NCBI GenBank assembly: GCA_963823665.1
Contig: CAWGMQ010000005.1
Coordinates: 448,001-512,000 of the forward strand
Direction of reading: 5' to 3'
DNA length: 64,000 nt
DNA from: an uncultured Planctomycetota bacterium
GTDB lineage: Bacteria > Planctomycetota > Planctomycetia > Isosphaerales > Isosphaeraceae
Positions 54,071 to 64,000 of the stretch are shown piece by piece. The notes under the pieces are model-generated. The model was not told where the DNA came from, ran no database searches, and saw only the letters and a program-made list of their open reading frames with translations. Each line of letters begins with the position of its first letter. Position 1 is the first letter of the stretch. The position numbers and the translations under genes are program-made.

Positions 54071-55713
54071 GAGGCTGTGATTTTTTCGGCATTGGGGTTG
54101 ATTTTGCATAGTGTTCATGTTCTAATACCATGCATTGATCCCTGCGCCTTGGACTCACGCCTAGCAGGACGAGCGTCATGGCACTTCCCCTCTTTGGCCC
54201 CGAAGACTTGCCAGATCCGCCTTCTCCCGCCCAAGCTGCCCAGTCGACGCCAACTGGCAAGCCACGGCTGCGGCACCCCATACGCGACCAGGTCGAAATG
54301 CGCTGGGCGTCGCTCGATGAATTGCTCGAGGGCGACCATCCGGCCCGGGTCGTCTGGGCGGCGGTCTGCAAGCTCGATCTGAAGGCCTGGCTCAGCGAGA
54401 TCAAGGCCGTCGAGCGGCATGTCGGCCGAGACGCCACCGATCCCCGCTTGCTGGTCGCGTTGTGGACTTTCGCGACGTTGAAGGGAATCGGCAGTGCGCG
54501 TGAACTCGAACGGCTGTGCGAACAGAACCAAGGGAGTCTGCCGTACCAGTGGCTGTGCGGCGGTGTAACCGTCAACCACAGTATGTTGTCCCACTTCCGC
54601 GCCGGTGGGGGCGAGAAGTTGGACGAGCTGCTGACGCAGATCGTGGGCACCCTGCTCGATGCCGGGTTGGTGAAAATGGATCGGGTCGCTCAGGACGGGA
54701 TGCGAGTGCGTGCCAGCGCCGGCAAGAGTTCGTTTCGTCGCCGCGGTAGCCTGGAGGAAAGCCTGAAAGCGGCGCAGGAGCAGGTCGAGGCACTCAAGAA
54801 ACTGGCCGAGGAGGACACAGCAGAACTGACTCGACGGCAGCGTGCAGCGCGGGAGCGTGCCGCCGGCGAGCGACAGCAGCGGATCGAAGAAGCGATGCGT
54901 CAGTGCGAGGAGTTGCAACGGGAACGTGACGCATCCTACGCCCGTAAAGGGCGGGAAGCCCGTGCTTCGACTACCGATCCCGAGGCGCGGGTCATGAAGT
55001 TTGCCGACGGAGGATTCCGGCCGGGATATAACGTTCAATTCGCGACCGACACCGAGAGCGGTGTCATCGTGGGTGTGGAGGTGACCAACGCTGGGAACGA
55101 CGGCGAAGAACTTCCGCCCATGCTCGACCAGTTGGAGGAGCGTTACGAACGAATGCCGGATGAAGGCATTGGTTGACGGCGGCTTCGCGACCAAGGACTC
55201 GATCAATCAGGCCGATAAACGCGGCTGCATGGTGTACGCGCCAATTAGAGACGAGGAAAAGAAACGTGCGAAAGGAGAAGATCCCCACGCGCCCGGGAAG
55301 ACGACAGTCCTGCGGTTGCCGCTTGGCGGAGCCGGATGGGGACTGAAGCCGCGAAGCTGATCTACCGGCTGCGAGGCCAAACGGCGGAGTGGGTCAACGC
55401 CCAAGCCCGCAACCGGGGATTCTGGTTTATGCCCGTGCGGGGCCGACCGCGTTGTCGCAGCGTCGCATCGTTGTTTGCAATTGCTCATAACCTGGTTGTC
55501 GTAGAGAGACTGCGCACGGCGATGGGCTAACGGGTGGAATGAGCGGTACTCTGCAAAAAGGGGTCAAAATAGTAAAACCTGTTTGCGTCAACGGCCAGGC
55601 TATTCGAGCACTGGCCTGAATTGACCGCATTTACCGAGCGATTGGGTGGCAAATCGCGACCGACCGAGTCCTTCAGCCGGGATTCCGCAACGCGGCCAAA
55701 GAATGACGGCCTC
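54071..55713 (+). mobile_element. IS1182-like insertion sequence with 3-bp target duplication TCC
   Basis: Imperfect ends GAGGCTGTGATT / AATGACGGCCTC, flanked by TCC on both sides. Confidence 0.8.
54178..55530 (+). CDS. IS1182-family DDE transposase (frameshifts near 55172 and 55300)
   Basis: LDELLEGDHPAR, SARELERLC...YQWLCGG, AQDGMRVRASA, STTDPEARVMK...GYNVQ, LVDGGF, YRLRGQTAEWVN. Confidence 0.88.
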
Positions 55714-56363
55714 TCCGCGAAGGTGCATCGCCCGCCTTTCAATCGCACCGCGCCGTCTCTAGACAGCGTGCCGATCACCACCCCAGCCAAGCGAATCCCT
55801 ATACGATAGACACGAACGTTTTCGCCGGATCCGTGGTGCGCATCCAGAATCGTCCAAGCGATCCAGTGCGGCTCGCTCGCGAGGCCGTCACCGCCGTTGA
55901 CCGGCGCGGGCAACCGTCCCGATTCCGACAAGGCTCGAAATCCTTCGACGACCGGATCGACGACCCAGGAGAATTCCGATCCCATGCCAATCAGCTACTG
56001 CCTGATCCCCGACGCCTCGGGCACCCGCCTCCTGCTCAAGAGCGGCCCAGAGGGTTGGACGCTGTCGGCCGTCGAGCATGACTACGGCTGGTTCGCGCAT
56101 GAAGCGGTCGCGGTGGCCCGCCAGCTCGGCGATCGCCTTGGCATCCGGCTGGTGGCCCTGCGCGAAGTCGAGGAGGCGGGCCTGCACCTCTGCGAGCTAG
56201 TGAATGTCGCGAACCGTAGCGATCGAGAATCGGACGACGGGCGTCACACCGGACCCTCGGCGCGACTGGTTTGCGCACTGGAAATCGCGAACGGCATAGT
56301 CCGGCTAAGTGTCGTCGTATAGAATCGGAATATGAGACCTTTGTCGGATCTGGAGCCAGCGCG

Positions 56364-56783
56364 CTGAACCGGGCAGAATTGCGCAGACTCACCGAAGATC
56401 GTGTGCTTGACGCGGAGGCGCTGCTGAAGGAAGGTCGGTGGTCCGGTGCTTATTACCTTGCGGGCTACGCGGTCGAATGCGGACTCAAGGCCTGCGTGCT
56501 CGCGTTTGTCGAACGGACCGGCATAATATTCCAGGACAAGAAGTTTCTCGACAAATGCTGGACGCATGATGTCGAGGTACTCGTCAGGGCCGCGGACCTT
56601 GAGGTGACCCGTGGCCTCGACGTGTCCGCAAACCCAAACTTGGGTGCCAACTGGCTAATCGTCAGAGAGTGGAGCGAGTTGGCCCGCTATCAGCAATTCG
56701 CTGAGCCGGAGGCACGCGAACTTTACGAGGCGGTCACAGAGGCCGCGAACGGGGTGCTACCATGGGTCAAAGTACATTGGTGA
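56364..56783 (+). CDS. HEPN-domain protein
   Basis: DAEALLKEGRWSGAYYLAGYAVECGLKA...THD...WSELARY; probable CTG start after GGAG. Confidence 0.85.
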   Translation: MNRAELRRLTEDRVLDAEALLKEGRWSGAYYLAGYAVECGLKACVLAFVERTGIIFQDKKFLDKCWTHDVEVLVRAADLEVTRGLDVSANPNLGANWLIVREWSELARYQQFAEPEARELYEAVTEAANGVLPWVKVHW

Positions 56784-57166
56784 TCGATGACGGCGAGAAG
56801 GATGCTGGAGAGGAGCTGGTCCACCGAATCAGCGAAACCTGGCCCGTCAAATTAGCGTTTTGGCTCAAACCGGCTGACGGCGACCAATGGTTTCTCTACA
56901 TCGTTGCCGAGGGAATTGACGACTCGATTATCCATCAGGGATACAAGGAGGTCCTTCGGCGGGTCCAGGAGATGCGGACTCCTTACTTCGACCCCTTCCA
57001 GGTGAAATTAATCCGCGGCGACCATCCACTCGCGCTTGCCGTGGCGGAAGTACTCCAGCGCTACCCCGTAGATTCGGCCATTAATTACAATGGGCGCTAC
57101 CTCGGAGGCATGAGCATTGAAGGCGCCTATATCTACCGCTTGCCGCACGTATCGCCAGCGTCCTGA
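56762..57166 (+). CDS. Hypothetical partner protein of HEPN (candidate antitoxin)
   Basis: 134 aa, overlaps the HEPN 3' end; AFWL....QWFLYIV...IEGAYIY. Confidence 0.72.
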   Translation: MGQSTLVIDDGEKDAGEELVHRISETWPVKLAFWLKPADGDQWFLYIVAEGIDDSIIHQGYKEVLRRVQEMRTPYFDPFQVKLIRGDHPLALAVAEVLQRYPVDSAINYNGRYLGGMSIEGAYIYRLPHVSPAS

Positions 57167-57677
57167 TCGAACCTCGGGCTCACGGCAGATAGTTGATCCG
57201 CATGCCGACGGATGGCTCGCGCAGGAAGCGGTCGCGGTGGCCCGCCAGCTCGGCGATCGCCTTGGCATCAAGCTGGTGGCCCTGCGCGAAGTTGAGGAGG
57301 CGGGCCTGCATCGTCATATGATTGGAGCGACACGGTCGTTTCGCACCCGTTCTTCAGCGCCTGCCGATTCCTCGAATACGTCGAGAGCGGAGGCGGGAGT
57401 GCAAGTCGAAGGCGGGGACGCAGGCTGCCGACGCCGGTGCGGCATAGACGGCTCCGAGACGCCTATCTGGACGTCTGGGCGGAATATGCTTCACGCGATC
57501 GACTGCGCGCGGTCTTCCGCCAGGCTCAGCGGCTGAACCCCCTCTACCAGGCAATCCGTTGGCACCTCGAGCTGCCCTACTGCGAGCCCGGTTCGCCTTG
57601 GTGGCGGAACGTGCTGTCCTCGGTGACCGAGTCGCTCCAAGAACTGCTGAAGCAACAAGCCGGCGCGTGACCGGAAG

Positions 57678-57960
57678 CCCATAGTAGGCGCTGCTCCGGC
57701 AACCAGCGCGACGGGAAAGCTGCGATGGAACCTCGGCCAACGGTTCACATCCCCCTGAACGACAATCGCCCGGGTCACCGACCGAGTCCGAGACTCGCCA
57801 GGTCTCGCTCCGCAACGGTCCGGCCGGCGCGATGATGATCTCGACGGCGTGTCGCGGGTTGGAGCTGTCTCGCCGAGATCTCGACGATCGTGGCGCCTGA
57901 TGCCGAAAAGCCGGAGAATGCGCGTTCCCGCGCGAGCTTGCCACACCACGAGCGCCGTCT
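57678..57960 (-). pseudogene. Internally deleted paralog of the 53075-53838 gene
   Basis: 57680-57785 aligns with 53081-53185 (CAGCGCGACGGGAAAGCT...TCCCCCTGAACGACAATCGCCC.GGTCACCGACCG); further patches align upstream. Confidence 0.7.
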
Positions 57961-57992
57961 AACTTGAGGAGGGTGCTGAATTCCTCTCAGCA

Positions 57993-58400
57993 ATGGAGTA
58001 TCCTCATCGATCAGTTCGGAAACCTCCGAACTCGACGGGGCTGCGGCTCGTGAAGCTGACGTCAGTGAGCCTACTCGAACGGCTGAAGGTCGCACGGCCG
58101 GATGCGTCCGACTGGAACCGGCTTCACGGGGTGTATCAGCCCCTCATTCAGAGTTGGGTCAGTCGTGTTCCGGGCCTGGGAGAGGAGTCCATCGACTTGG
58201 CCCAGGAGGTGCTCATCGTCGTTTTTCGCGAAGTTCCGCGCTTCGACCGGCGTCACGAAGGCTCATTCCGAGCCTGGCTTCGGCAAGTAACCATCAACAG
58301 AGTCCGTCACTACTGTAGGGAGCGCCGGCGCCGGCCCACCGTCGGGACCGACGCGGCAAACAAGTTTCTCGAGCAGCTTTCTGACCCGAGCAATGCCCTG
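57993..58400 (+). pseudogene. ECF sigma factor lacking region 4, paralog of 62243-62842
   Basis: TSVSLLERLKVARPD..DW.RL...YQPLI...EGSFRAWLR...FLEQLSDPS, followed by unrelated sequence. Confidence 0.75.
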
Positions 58401-58861
58401 CCCGCCGGCAACAGGTCTCCGAGCTCTCGGCCGACAGCTTCCTCGGCCGCGTCCGCGAAGCGCAGGACCCCGCCCCACGTTCAAGGGCCCCGCGCCGGAG
58501 TCGACCCGGCAGCCTCCGCCGGCCAGCCGTCAGCCACCGGGCCATCTAGCCTCTTCGCCAAGCCCGCCGCTGACGACTGCTGGAAGCGAGGCACTCAGCG
58601 CAACCACCGCCGTCGAGCCAACCGTTCCTGGGGTGCGGTGGGAAAGCCTGATCGCGACGGGCGAGCCACATCGGCTGGAGACCCAAGAGCATCACACCTC
58701 ACCAGCGGATCCGATACCCTCCCGATGGGCGACGGACGAGACCGCTCCACCCATCCCGCCGCGAAGCCGCTTCGTCCAAGCTTTAGAAATCCTTCAAATC
58801 GGAATCGCCGAGCGGATCACATTTAACTCACGACTTTAAAAGCCTTTGCGTCCGGTTGGGC

Positions 58862-58910
58862 CGCCTGGTGTGCAAGCAGGAGGTTGCCGGTTCGATCCCG
58901 GTCGTCTCCA
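58862..58910 (+). other. Degenerate 3' portion of tRNA-Ala(TGC); candidate att-site remnant
   Basis: CGCCTGGTG-TGC-AAGCAGGAGGTT-GCCGG-TTCGATC-CCGGT-CGTCTCCA: anticodon region, T-arm and 3' acceptor strand are present, but no matching 5' half. Confidence 0.7.
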
Positions 58911-58911
58911 T

Positions 58912-61307
58912 TCATCTCACAATCAACTGAACACGGCGGTCCGGGTCCTCGGCCTTCTCCGGCGGCGCCAGCAATTTGTCGAGCCGCCGCTGATGGGCGC
59001 TGACCAGGTACCGAGCGTCAGAATTGTTGGGATCGAGCGCAAGTGCGCGATGCGCCGACTCCAGGGCCAGCCTGAGGTTTTTCATGATTCCCGGTAGGTC
59101 ATCGGTCCGCCAGGCGTTCTTGTTCAAGTTGATATAAGCCTCACTGAGCGCCAGGTGCGAGCTGGGAATATCGGGGAACCGCTCGACGAGGAGCTTTCCC
59201 AGCGCGAGCATGCGTTCCACTGTTACCTGGGCGTCGTCGATCTTGCCCAGCTTTCGCTGTTCCGCGGCGACGAGAAGGAAATGGCGGTTCAGGCACAAAC
59301 CGGCCGCGCATTGGAATGAAGGCGCGGCGTTGGGCTTGCCCCGCGATCGCAGGGCCCTGAATGCGAGTTCGGCCCACGCCCGAGTGGGCAGGAGACCGGC
59401 TCGGGCGGTTGCCACGTGACGCAACGCGTCAGATGCGTCTGTGCGGTCGACCGGCGCCAGACCGAGGGGCTCGGGAGACGAAGACGCGCTGAAGTGATCA
59501 ACGTCCAGTTCGACGAACACGCGCCAGCTCACAACATCGGGACTATCGAGATTGCCGTCAGGCACTTTCTCGAACAACTGCCGGTTTAGTGCGATCAGTG
59601 ATCGCGCTTCTTCGCCTTGACTACGACTAACCAGGAGCGTTGCCAAACAGTAGCGCGTTCCCGCCAGGATGCCCATGGCTTCACCATCAGGCCAAACGCG
59701 CGCCAGTTCCTCGCTCGCGACGAGGGCTTGGCGCAAGAGAATCTCCTCATCGTTCAGATGCTGGTGCTCGCCCACCTCAGCGCGGCCGCGAAGTGCCCAG
59801 ATCTGGCTGATCCGCCCCGCGCGGTCGAGTGGGGCCAACCGGCTGAGTTTCTCCCAGTTGCCCACCGACTCGTCCAGAATAAATCGTGCGTCATCCCATC
59901 GCCCGGCTTGGACGAGACAGTAGCCCAAGCGTTTGTCGACGACGGCGAGTTGGCGAGCGATAACCGGAAGATCAGGCCGCCTCACGACGATTCCAAGGAG
60001 TCGGTTTCTCGTTTCTTCCAGAGCTCGAAGAAGCGTCGTTTGATCAAAGCCTTCCGCCAGCAACGGATTGGTCGCGCTCCATTCGACAGCTTGACTCAGC
60101 ACCTCGCACGTCGTCTGGAAGTCAGCCATCGCGTTCTTTCGCTCGGCCTCGGCGAGCCTCCAGAGCATGACGACAGCGACAAATCCCACAGAGAGCGTCA
60201 GCGCCAGACACCCGGCGAGGCCGGCAACGACTGGACGCCGGCGGATCCAGCGCCAGAGGTGTTCGGGCTTCGAGACGGCGCGGGCCGAGATTGGGTGCCC
60301 GTCAAGAAAACGGCAAAGGTCCGCGGCGAGGGCCTCAGCCGAAGAGTAGCGCCGGCCAGCGTCTTTCTCGAGGCACTTCAGACAGATGGTTTCGAGGTCA
60401 CGAGGAATCGACGGGTTGAGCCTTCGTGGTGGCATCGGTTCGTCTGAAAGAACGCGACGGATCGTTTCGGCGTCGCTATCCGAAAGGAAGGGTGGCCTGC
60501 CGGCGAGCAACTCGTAGAGGATCACGCCCAACGCGTAGATGTCAGCGGCCGGACCCAGTGCCAAACGCCGCCCGTCGAGCTGCTCGGGAGCCATGTACAG
60601 CAGGGTGCCCTGACCAGCCCCGTTCGAACCACTGGCGCTGGCGTCGTCCCGCGATCGAGCGATCCCAAAGTCGCTGAGCTTGAGGGCGCGCGGTCGAGGG
60701 GCGTCTCCGGCGGGGCGTCGATCAAGATATTGGCCGGCTTGAGGTCGAGGTGCCAGACCCCCGCGCGGTGAAGCTGCTCCAGGGCACCGGCGACAGGCAC
60801 GAGCAGTGTCGCCGCGACTCGAGGCGACGCCGGTCCGGTCAATCGCTCTTTCAGGCTGCCCCCGGCCAGATATTCCAGCACGATGTAGAGCCAGCCGTCG
60901 GCCTCGTCCACGTGGTAGAGCTGGACGATGTGGGGATGGCGCACCCGGGCGGCAGCCCGCGCCTCCTTGAGCCAGCGATCGCGGTCACGAGGAGCCGCGA
61001 AGGGGCCGCTCGACAAAAACTTCACCGCAACCTCGCGGTCCGGGTGGAGCTCCCGCGCCAGGAAAACCACCCCCATCCCGCCACGGCCCAGCTCGCGCTC
61101 GATTGTAAAGCCGGGGATTCGCGGCAGCTTATCCGGATCGACCGCGACGCGACCATCGCCCGGCGCTTCTCCGGCCGCGAGCCCGTCCAGGACGTCCTGA
61201 CAGAACCGGCAATGGTTGATGTGTGCATCGATGGCGAGGTCCGTCGAGCCTCCCGGCAGACCGGCGCCGATGCGACTAAGGACGTGGAAAGGAGGGCAGG
61301 ATGCCAT
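58912..61307 (-). CDS. Serine/threonine protein kinase with N-terminal HxxxCxxC (ZAS-like) motif, TM segment and helical repeats (frameshift near 60684)
   Basis: HINHCRFC, LGRGGMGVV, HLDLKPAN, then in the next frame LKLSDFGIAR...GTLLYMAPEQ, ADIYALG, DLETICLKCLEK. Confidence 0.88.
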
Positions 61308-61403
61308 CGTCGATGACCTCCGGGGTCGCCAGGCCCCACGCCAACCGCGCCGCTGCGGGCGGGAAAGGGGTGCCGCAATCACCGAAAAGGAATACGCCTC
61401 GTC

Positions 61404-62009
61404 TCAGCGGGTCTCGCTACGTCTCCGTTCGACGTCGATCATCCCACTCACGCGTTTGAAGGAGCGGTAGACGGTCGTGTATTCCCGGTTGAGCGACCTG
61501 GCCACGTCGGCAATCGGCTGGCCCTCGATTGCGACCAAGCAAAAGACCTCCCAGCTCGCCGGCGCGACACGCGCCCGCACGGCCCCTTGGACCGCCTCGG
61601 CCCGAGCGAGCATCACGGCGATCTCGGGATCGGAGGGCTCGTCCGCGTCGTGTTCGGGTAGGCTCACGTCGATCGCGACTTCGTCGGTCATTGGCCATTC
61701 GATCCAGGGGGAACGCGATTCCCGGCGCAGATCCCGGATGCGGCTATGGAAAAAAGTGAACAACCAGGAACGGAACCGGCGGCCGGGGTCGTATCGGAAC
61801 CTTCGGATCGCGGAGGCAAGCTTGAACCAGACCTGCTGGCAGCAGTCGTCCGCAGACGCACCAACGAGGCCGTATGTTCGGCAGACCGCGCGGAGGTGGG
61901 GCTCGTAGCGAATCACGAATCGTTGCCACGCCTCGGCATCCCCCCAGTCGCGGACCCGCTCCAGAAGTTGCGGATCCGTCGTGCGGTCGTGCATTGGTGC
62001 GTGGTCCAT
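61404..62009 (-). CDS. ECF sigma factor
   Basis: TDPQLLERVRDWGDAEAWQRFV..Y, FRYDPGRRFRSWL, SWEVFCLVAIEG..IADVARSL. Confidence 0.88.
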   Translation of the reverse strand: MDHAPMHDRTTDPQLLERVRDWGDAEAWQRFVIRYEPHLRAVCRTYGLVGASADDCCQQVWFKLASAIRRFRYDPGRRFRSWLFTFFHSRIRDLRRESRSPWIEWPMTDEVAIDVSLPEHDADEPSDPEIAVMLARAEAVQGAVRARVAPASWEVFCLVAIEGQPIADVARSLNREYTTVYRSFKRVSGMIDVERRRSETR

Positions 62010-62242
62010 ACCCGCGGACTCCCAGCCCGACGCGGAGCTGACTTCGCCCCAAGGAAAACCCATCCGCCGTGTTCACCTCCACTCGTATGGCACCTCTGGG
62101 GGCCATGCGCGCGGAAGACGTGGCAACCTGATCGCATCGTACCCGGATCGAAATTCACGGGCAAGCGTGAGCCTTGGCGTGCGGCCTGTGAATTCTCTGT
62201 CCTGTTCGAGAATGTCGCGCTCCGTGATCAAACCTGAGGATC

Positions 62243-62842
62243 ATGCACGAACAACCACCCGTGAACCCGACTTCGGCCAGCCTGCTTGATCGACTCAGGG
62301 TCGCGCGGCCGGACGATCCTGAATGGGCCCGGCTGGCGGAGATTTATCAGCCGCTCATTCGCCGCTGGATCGGCCGTGCCCCTGGGCTCACGAACGACGC
62401 ATCCGACGTCACGCAGGAGGTTTTCCTGGTGATGGCTCGCGGGATCTCGACGTTCGAGCACAAGCGGGAAGGCTCATTTCGGGCGTGGGTCCGCGGGATC
62501 ACCGTCAATGTACTGCGGAATTACCGGAGGCGACAATTCCGGAAGCCCGCCATCGCGCTGGATCCGTGTGACGGTTTCCTTGACCGCCTTGCCGAGCCAG
62601 ATAGCGAGCTTGCCCGCGAGTGGGATCTCGACCACGACCGTCATATCTTTCAGAAGCTACAGGCGACCGTGCAGCCTGCGGTTGATCCGGCCACCTGGGA
62701 GGCGTTCCGCCGGTTCGCCATCGAAGGCCTGCCAGCAGCACAGGTCGCCGCGGAACTGGGCTTGACCGTCAACGCCGTGACCCTCGCCAAGTCACGCATC
62801 CTCAAACGGTTACGCGAAGAAGCGGGGGACCTTCTCAAGTGA
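62243..62842 (+). CDS. ECF sigma factor
   Basis: TSASLLDRLR, DVTQEVF, GSFRAW, TWEAFRRFAIEG.PAAQVAAELG...AKSRILKRLREE. Confidence 0.92.
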   Translation: MHEQPPVNPTSASLLDRLRVARPDDPEWARLAEIYQPLIRRWIGRAPGLTNDASDVTQEVFLVMARGISTFEHKREGSFRAWVRGITVNVLRNYRRRQFRKPAIALDPCDGFLDRLAEPDSELAREWDLDHDRHIFQKLQATVQPAVDPATWEAFRRFAIEGLPAAQVAAELGLTVNAVTLAKSRILKRLREEAGDLLK

Positions 62843-62942
62843 ATTCTTTAAACCGAGACAGGTTGCGCAACTAGCGGACATTTCTTTCTTTAGTGAGTGA
62901 TCGCAAGTTCGGTAGCCGATTCGTCGCGGAAGGAGACTTGTG

Positions 62943-64000
62943 ATGGGCAGCCACGCCTCGCTGCATCCAACAGAACAGACATTGAGCGATTTTAGCCTGG
63001 GCAAGCTCGACGACGGCCAGGTTGACGTGATCAACAACCATCTCCAAGAATGCTCCGACTGCCAGCGCCTGGTGGCCGAGATGTCGTCCGATAGTTTTCT
63101 CGGCCGGCTCCGTGGCGCGCAAGGTCAACCCAGCGCCACAGACAGTGGTAGTCGAGGGGCGATCATGAGCGAGGAGCCTGGGCACCAACCCAAGGCCGGC
63201 ACGCTCCCGCCGGACCTGGCCGATCACCCCGACTACGAGATCCTCCGCGAGCTCGGCCGCGGCGGCATGGGGGTCGTCTATCTCGCCCACAACCGCCTGA
63301 TGGGCCGCGACGAGGTCCTCAAGGTCGTCGGCAAGCACCTGATCGAACGGAAATCGGTCCTCGAGCGATTCAGCCGCGAGATCCGCTCTGCGGGGCGACT
63401 GATGCATCCCAATATCGTACACGCGTATTCCGCCTTTCGTTGCGGTGAGAGCGTCGTTTTCGCCATGGAATATGTCGACGGACTCGACCTCGCGAAACTC
63501 GTCAAGACCAAAGGGCCGATGTCGGTAGCGCACGCTTGTTACTTCGTTCATCAAGCCGCCCTCGGACTTCAGCACGCCCACGAGCAGGGAATGGTCCACC
63601 GCGACATCAAGCCAGGCAACCTGATGCTCACCCGCAAGGGAGACAAGGTGGTCGTCAAGGTACTGGATTTCGGTCTGGCCAAGGCGACCCGCGAAAGCCC
63701 ACTGGAAGGTGGTCTGACCCACGAGGGTCAAATGCTCGGCACGCCCGACTTCATCGCCCCGGAGCAGATCCGCGACGCTCAGTCCGCCGGCATCCAGGCC
63801 GATATCTACAGCCTCGGCTGCACGCTATATTACCTTTTGACGGGAGGTCCTCCGTTCGAAGCCACAAGTCTCTACGACTTGCTCCAGGCCCATTTTTCGA
63901 TGGACGCCCAGCCGCTGAACCTAGTGCGTCCGGAAGTCCCGGCCGAGCTCGCGGCGCTAGTCGCCAAGATGATGGCCAAAGACGCGGGACGCCGGTTTCA
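62943..64000 (+). CDS. Serine/threonine protein kinase with N-terminal ZAS-like motif, 3'-partial (not in the ORF track)
   Basis: Manual translation: MGSHASLHPTEQTLSDFSLGKL...HLQECSDC...YEILRELGRGGMGVVY...HRDIKPGN...DFGLAK...GTPDFIAPEQ; open to the window end. Confidence 0.92.
   Translation, partial: MGSHASLHPTEQTLSDFSLGKLDDGQVDVINNHLQECSDCQRLVAEMSSDSFLGRLRGAQGQPSATDSGSRGAIMSEEPGHQPKAGTLPPDLADHPDYEILRELGRGGMGVVYLAHNRLMGRDEVLKVVGKHLIERKSVLERFSREIRSAGRLMHPNIVHAYSAFRCGESVVFAMEYVDGLDLAKLVKTKGPMSVAHACYFVHQAALGLQHAHEQGMVHRDIKPGNLMLTRKGDKVVVKVLDFGLAKATRESPLEGGLTHEGQMLGTPDFIAPEQIRDAQSAGIQADIYSLGCTLYYLLTGGPPFEATSLYDLLQAHFSMDAQPLNLVRPEVPAELAALVAKMMAKDAGRRF

Larger units (their letters stand above)
55983..57670 (+). 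pseudogene. Fragmented gene, possibly phosphotransferase-like, interrupted by the HEPN cassette
   Basis: N-terminal piece 55983-56200, a duplicated piece 57200-57310, and C-terminal piece RLRDAYLDVWAEY...AIRW at ~57445-57670. Confidence 0.45.

Noticed and set aside
58400..58826. C-terminal extension of the 277-aa ORF as a novel sigma fusion domain
   Set aside because: It is low-complexity read-through after the sigma homology breaks off, more consistent with truncation.
58840..58912. Functional tRNA-Ala gene
   Set aside because: There is no 5' acceptor strand or D-arm complementary to the 3' end, and the anticodon stem is mismatched.

Overview
GC-rich bacterial window whose gene content (ECF sigma/Ser-Thr kinase pairs, a TPR protein with two RpoA C-terminal domains, a giant dockerin-tailed surface protein) suggests Planctomycetota, probably Isosphaeraceae-like; this taxonomy is inference. 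Layout: (1) 1-10.7 kb, the 3' part of a giant repetitive surface protein gene. (2) 10.7-18.2 kb, an accessory patch with an ABC transporter, several toxin-antitoxin modules and gene remnants, punctuated by four co-oriented copies of a ~148-bp element with terminal inverted repeats. (3) 18.2-53.0 kb, two diverged, inverted copies of an uncharacterised 'NAIKHGL' gene unit (conserved sigma70 promoter, leader and intragenic 62-bp inverted-repeat motifs). They bracket a housekeeping block: selA, FAH, pyc, birA, two ECF sigmas plus a kinase on +; secDF, yajC, tgt, TPR-alphaCTD, argG, lysC, apgM-like and hom on -. (4) 53-59 kb, a second mosaic with an IS1182-like element inserted in the loop of a REP-like hairpin, a HEPN cassette between direct repeats and a tRNA-Ala 3' remnant. 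(5) 59-64 kb, two divergent ECF sigma/kinase modules. Single-base frameshifts in genes such as pyc and lysC suggest sequencing indel errors, so disrupted-gene calls need read-level confirmation. All family calls come from motif recognition, not database searches.
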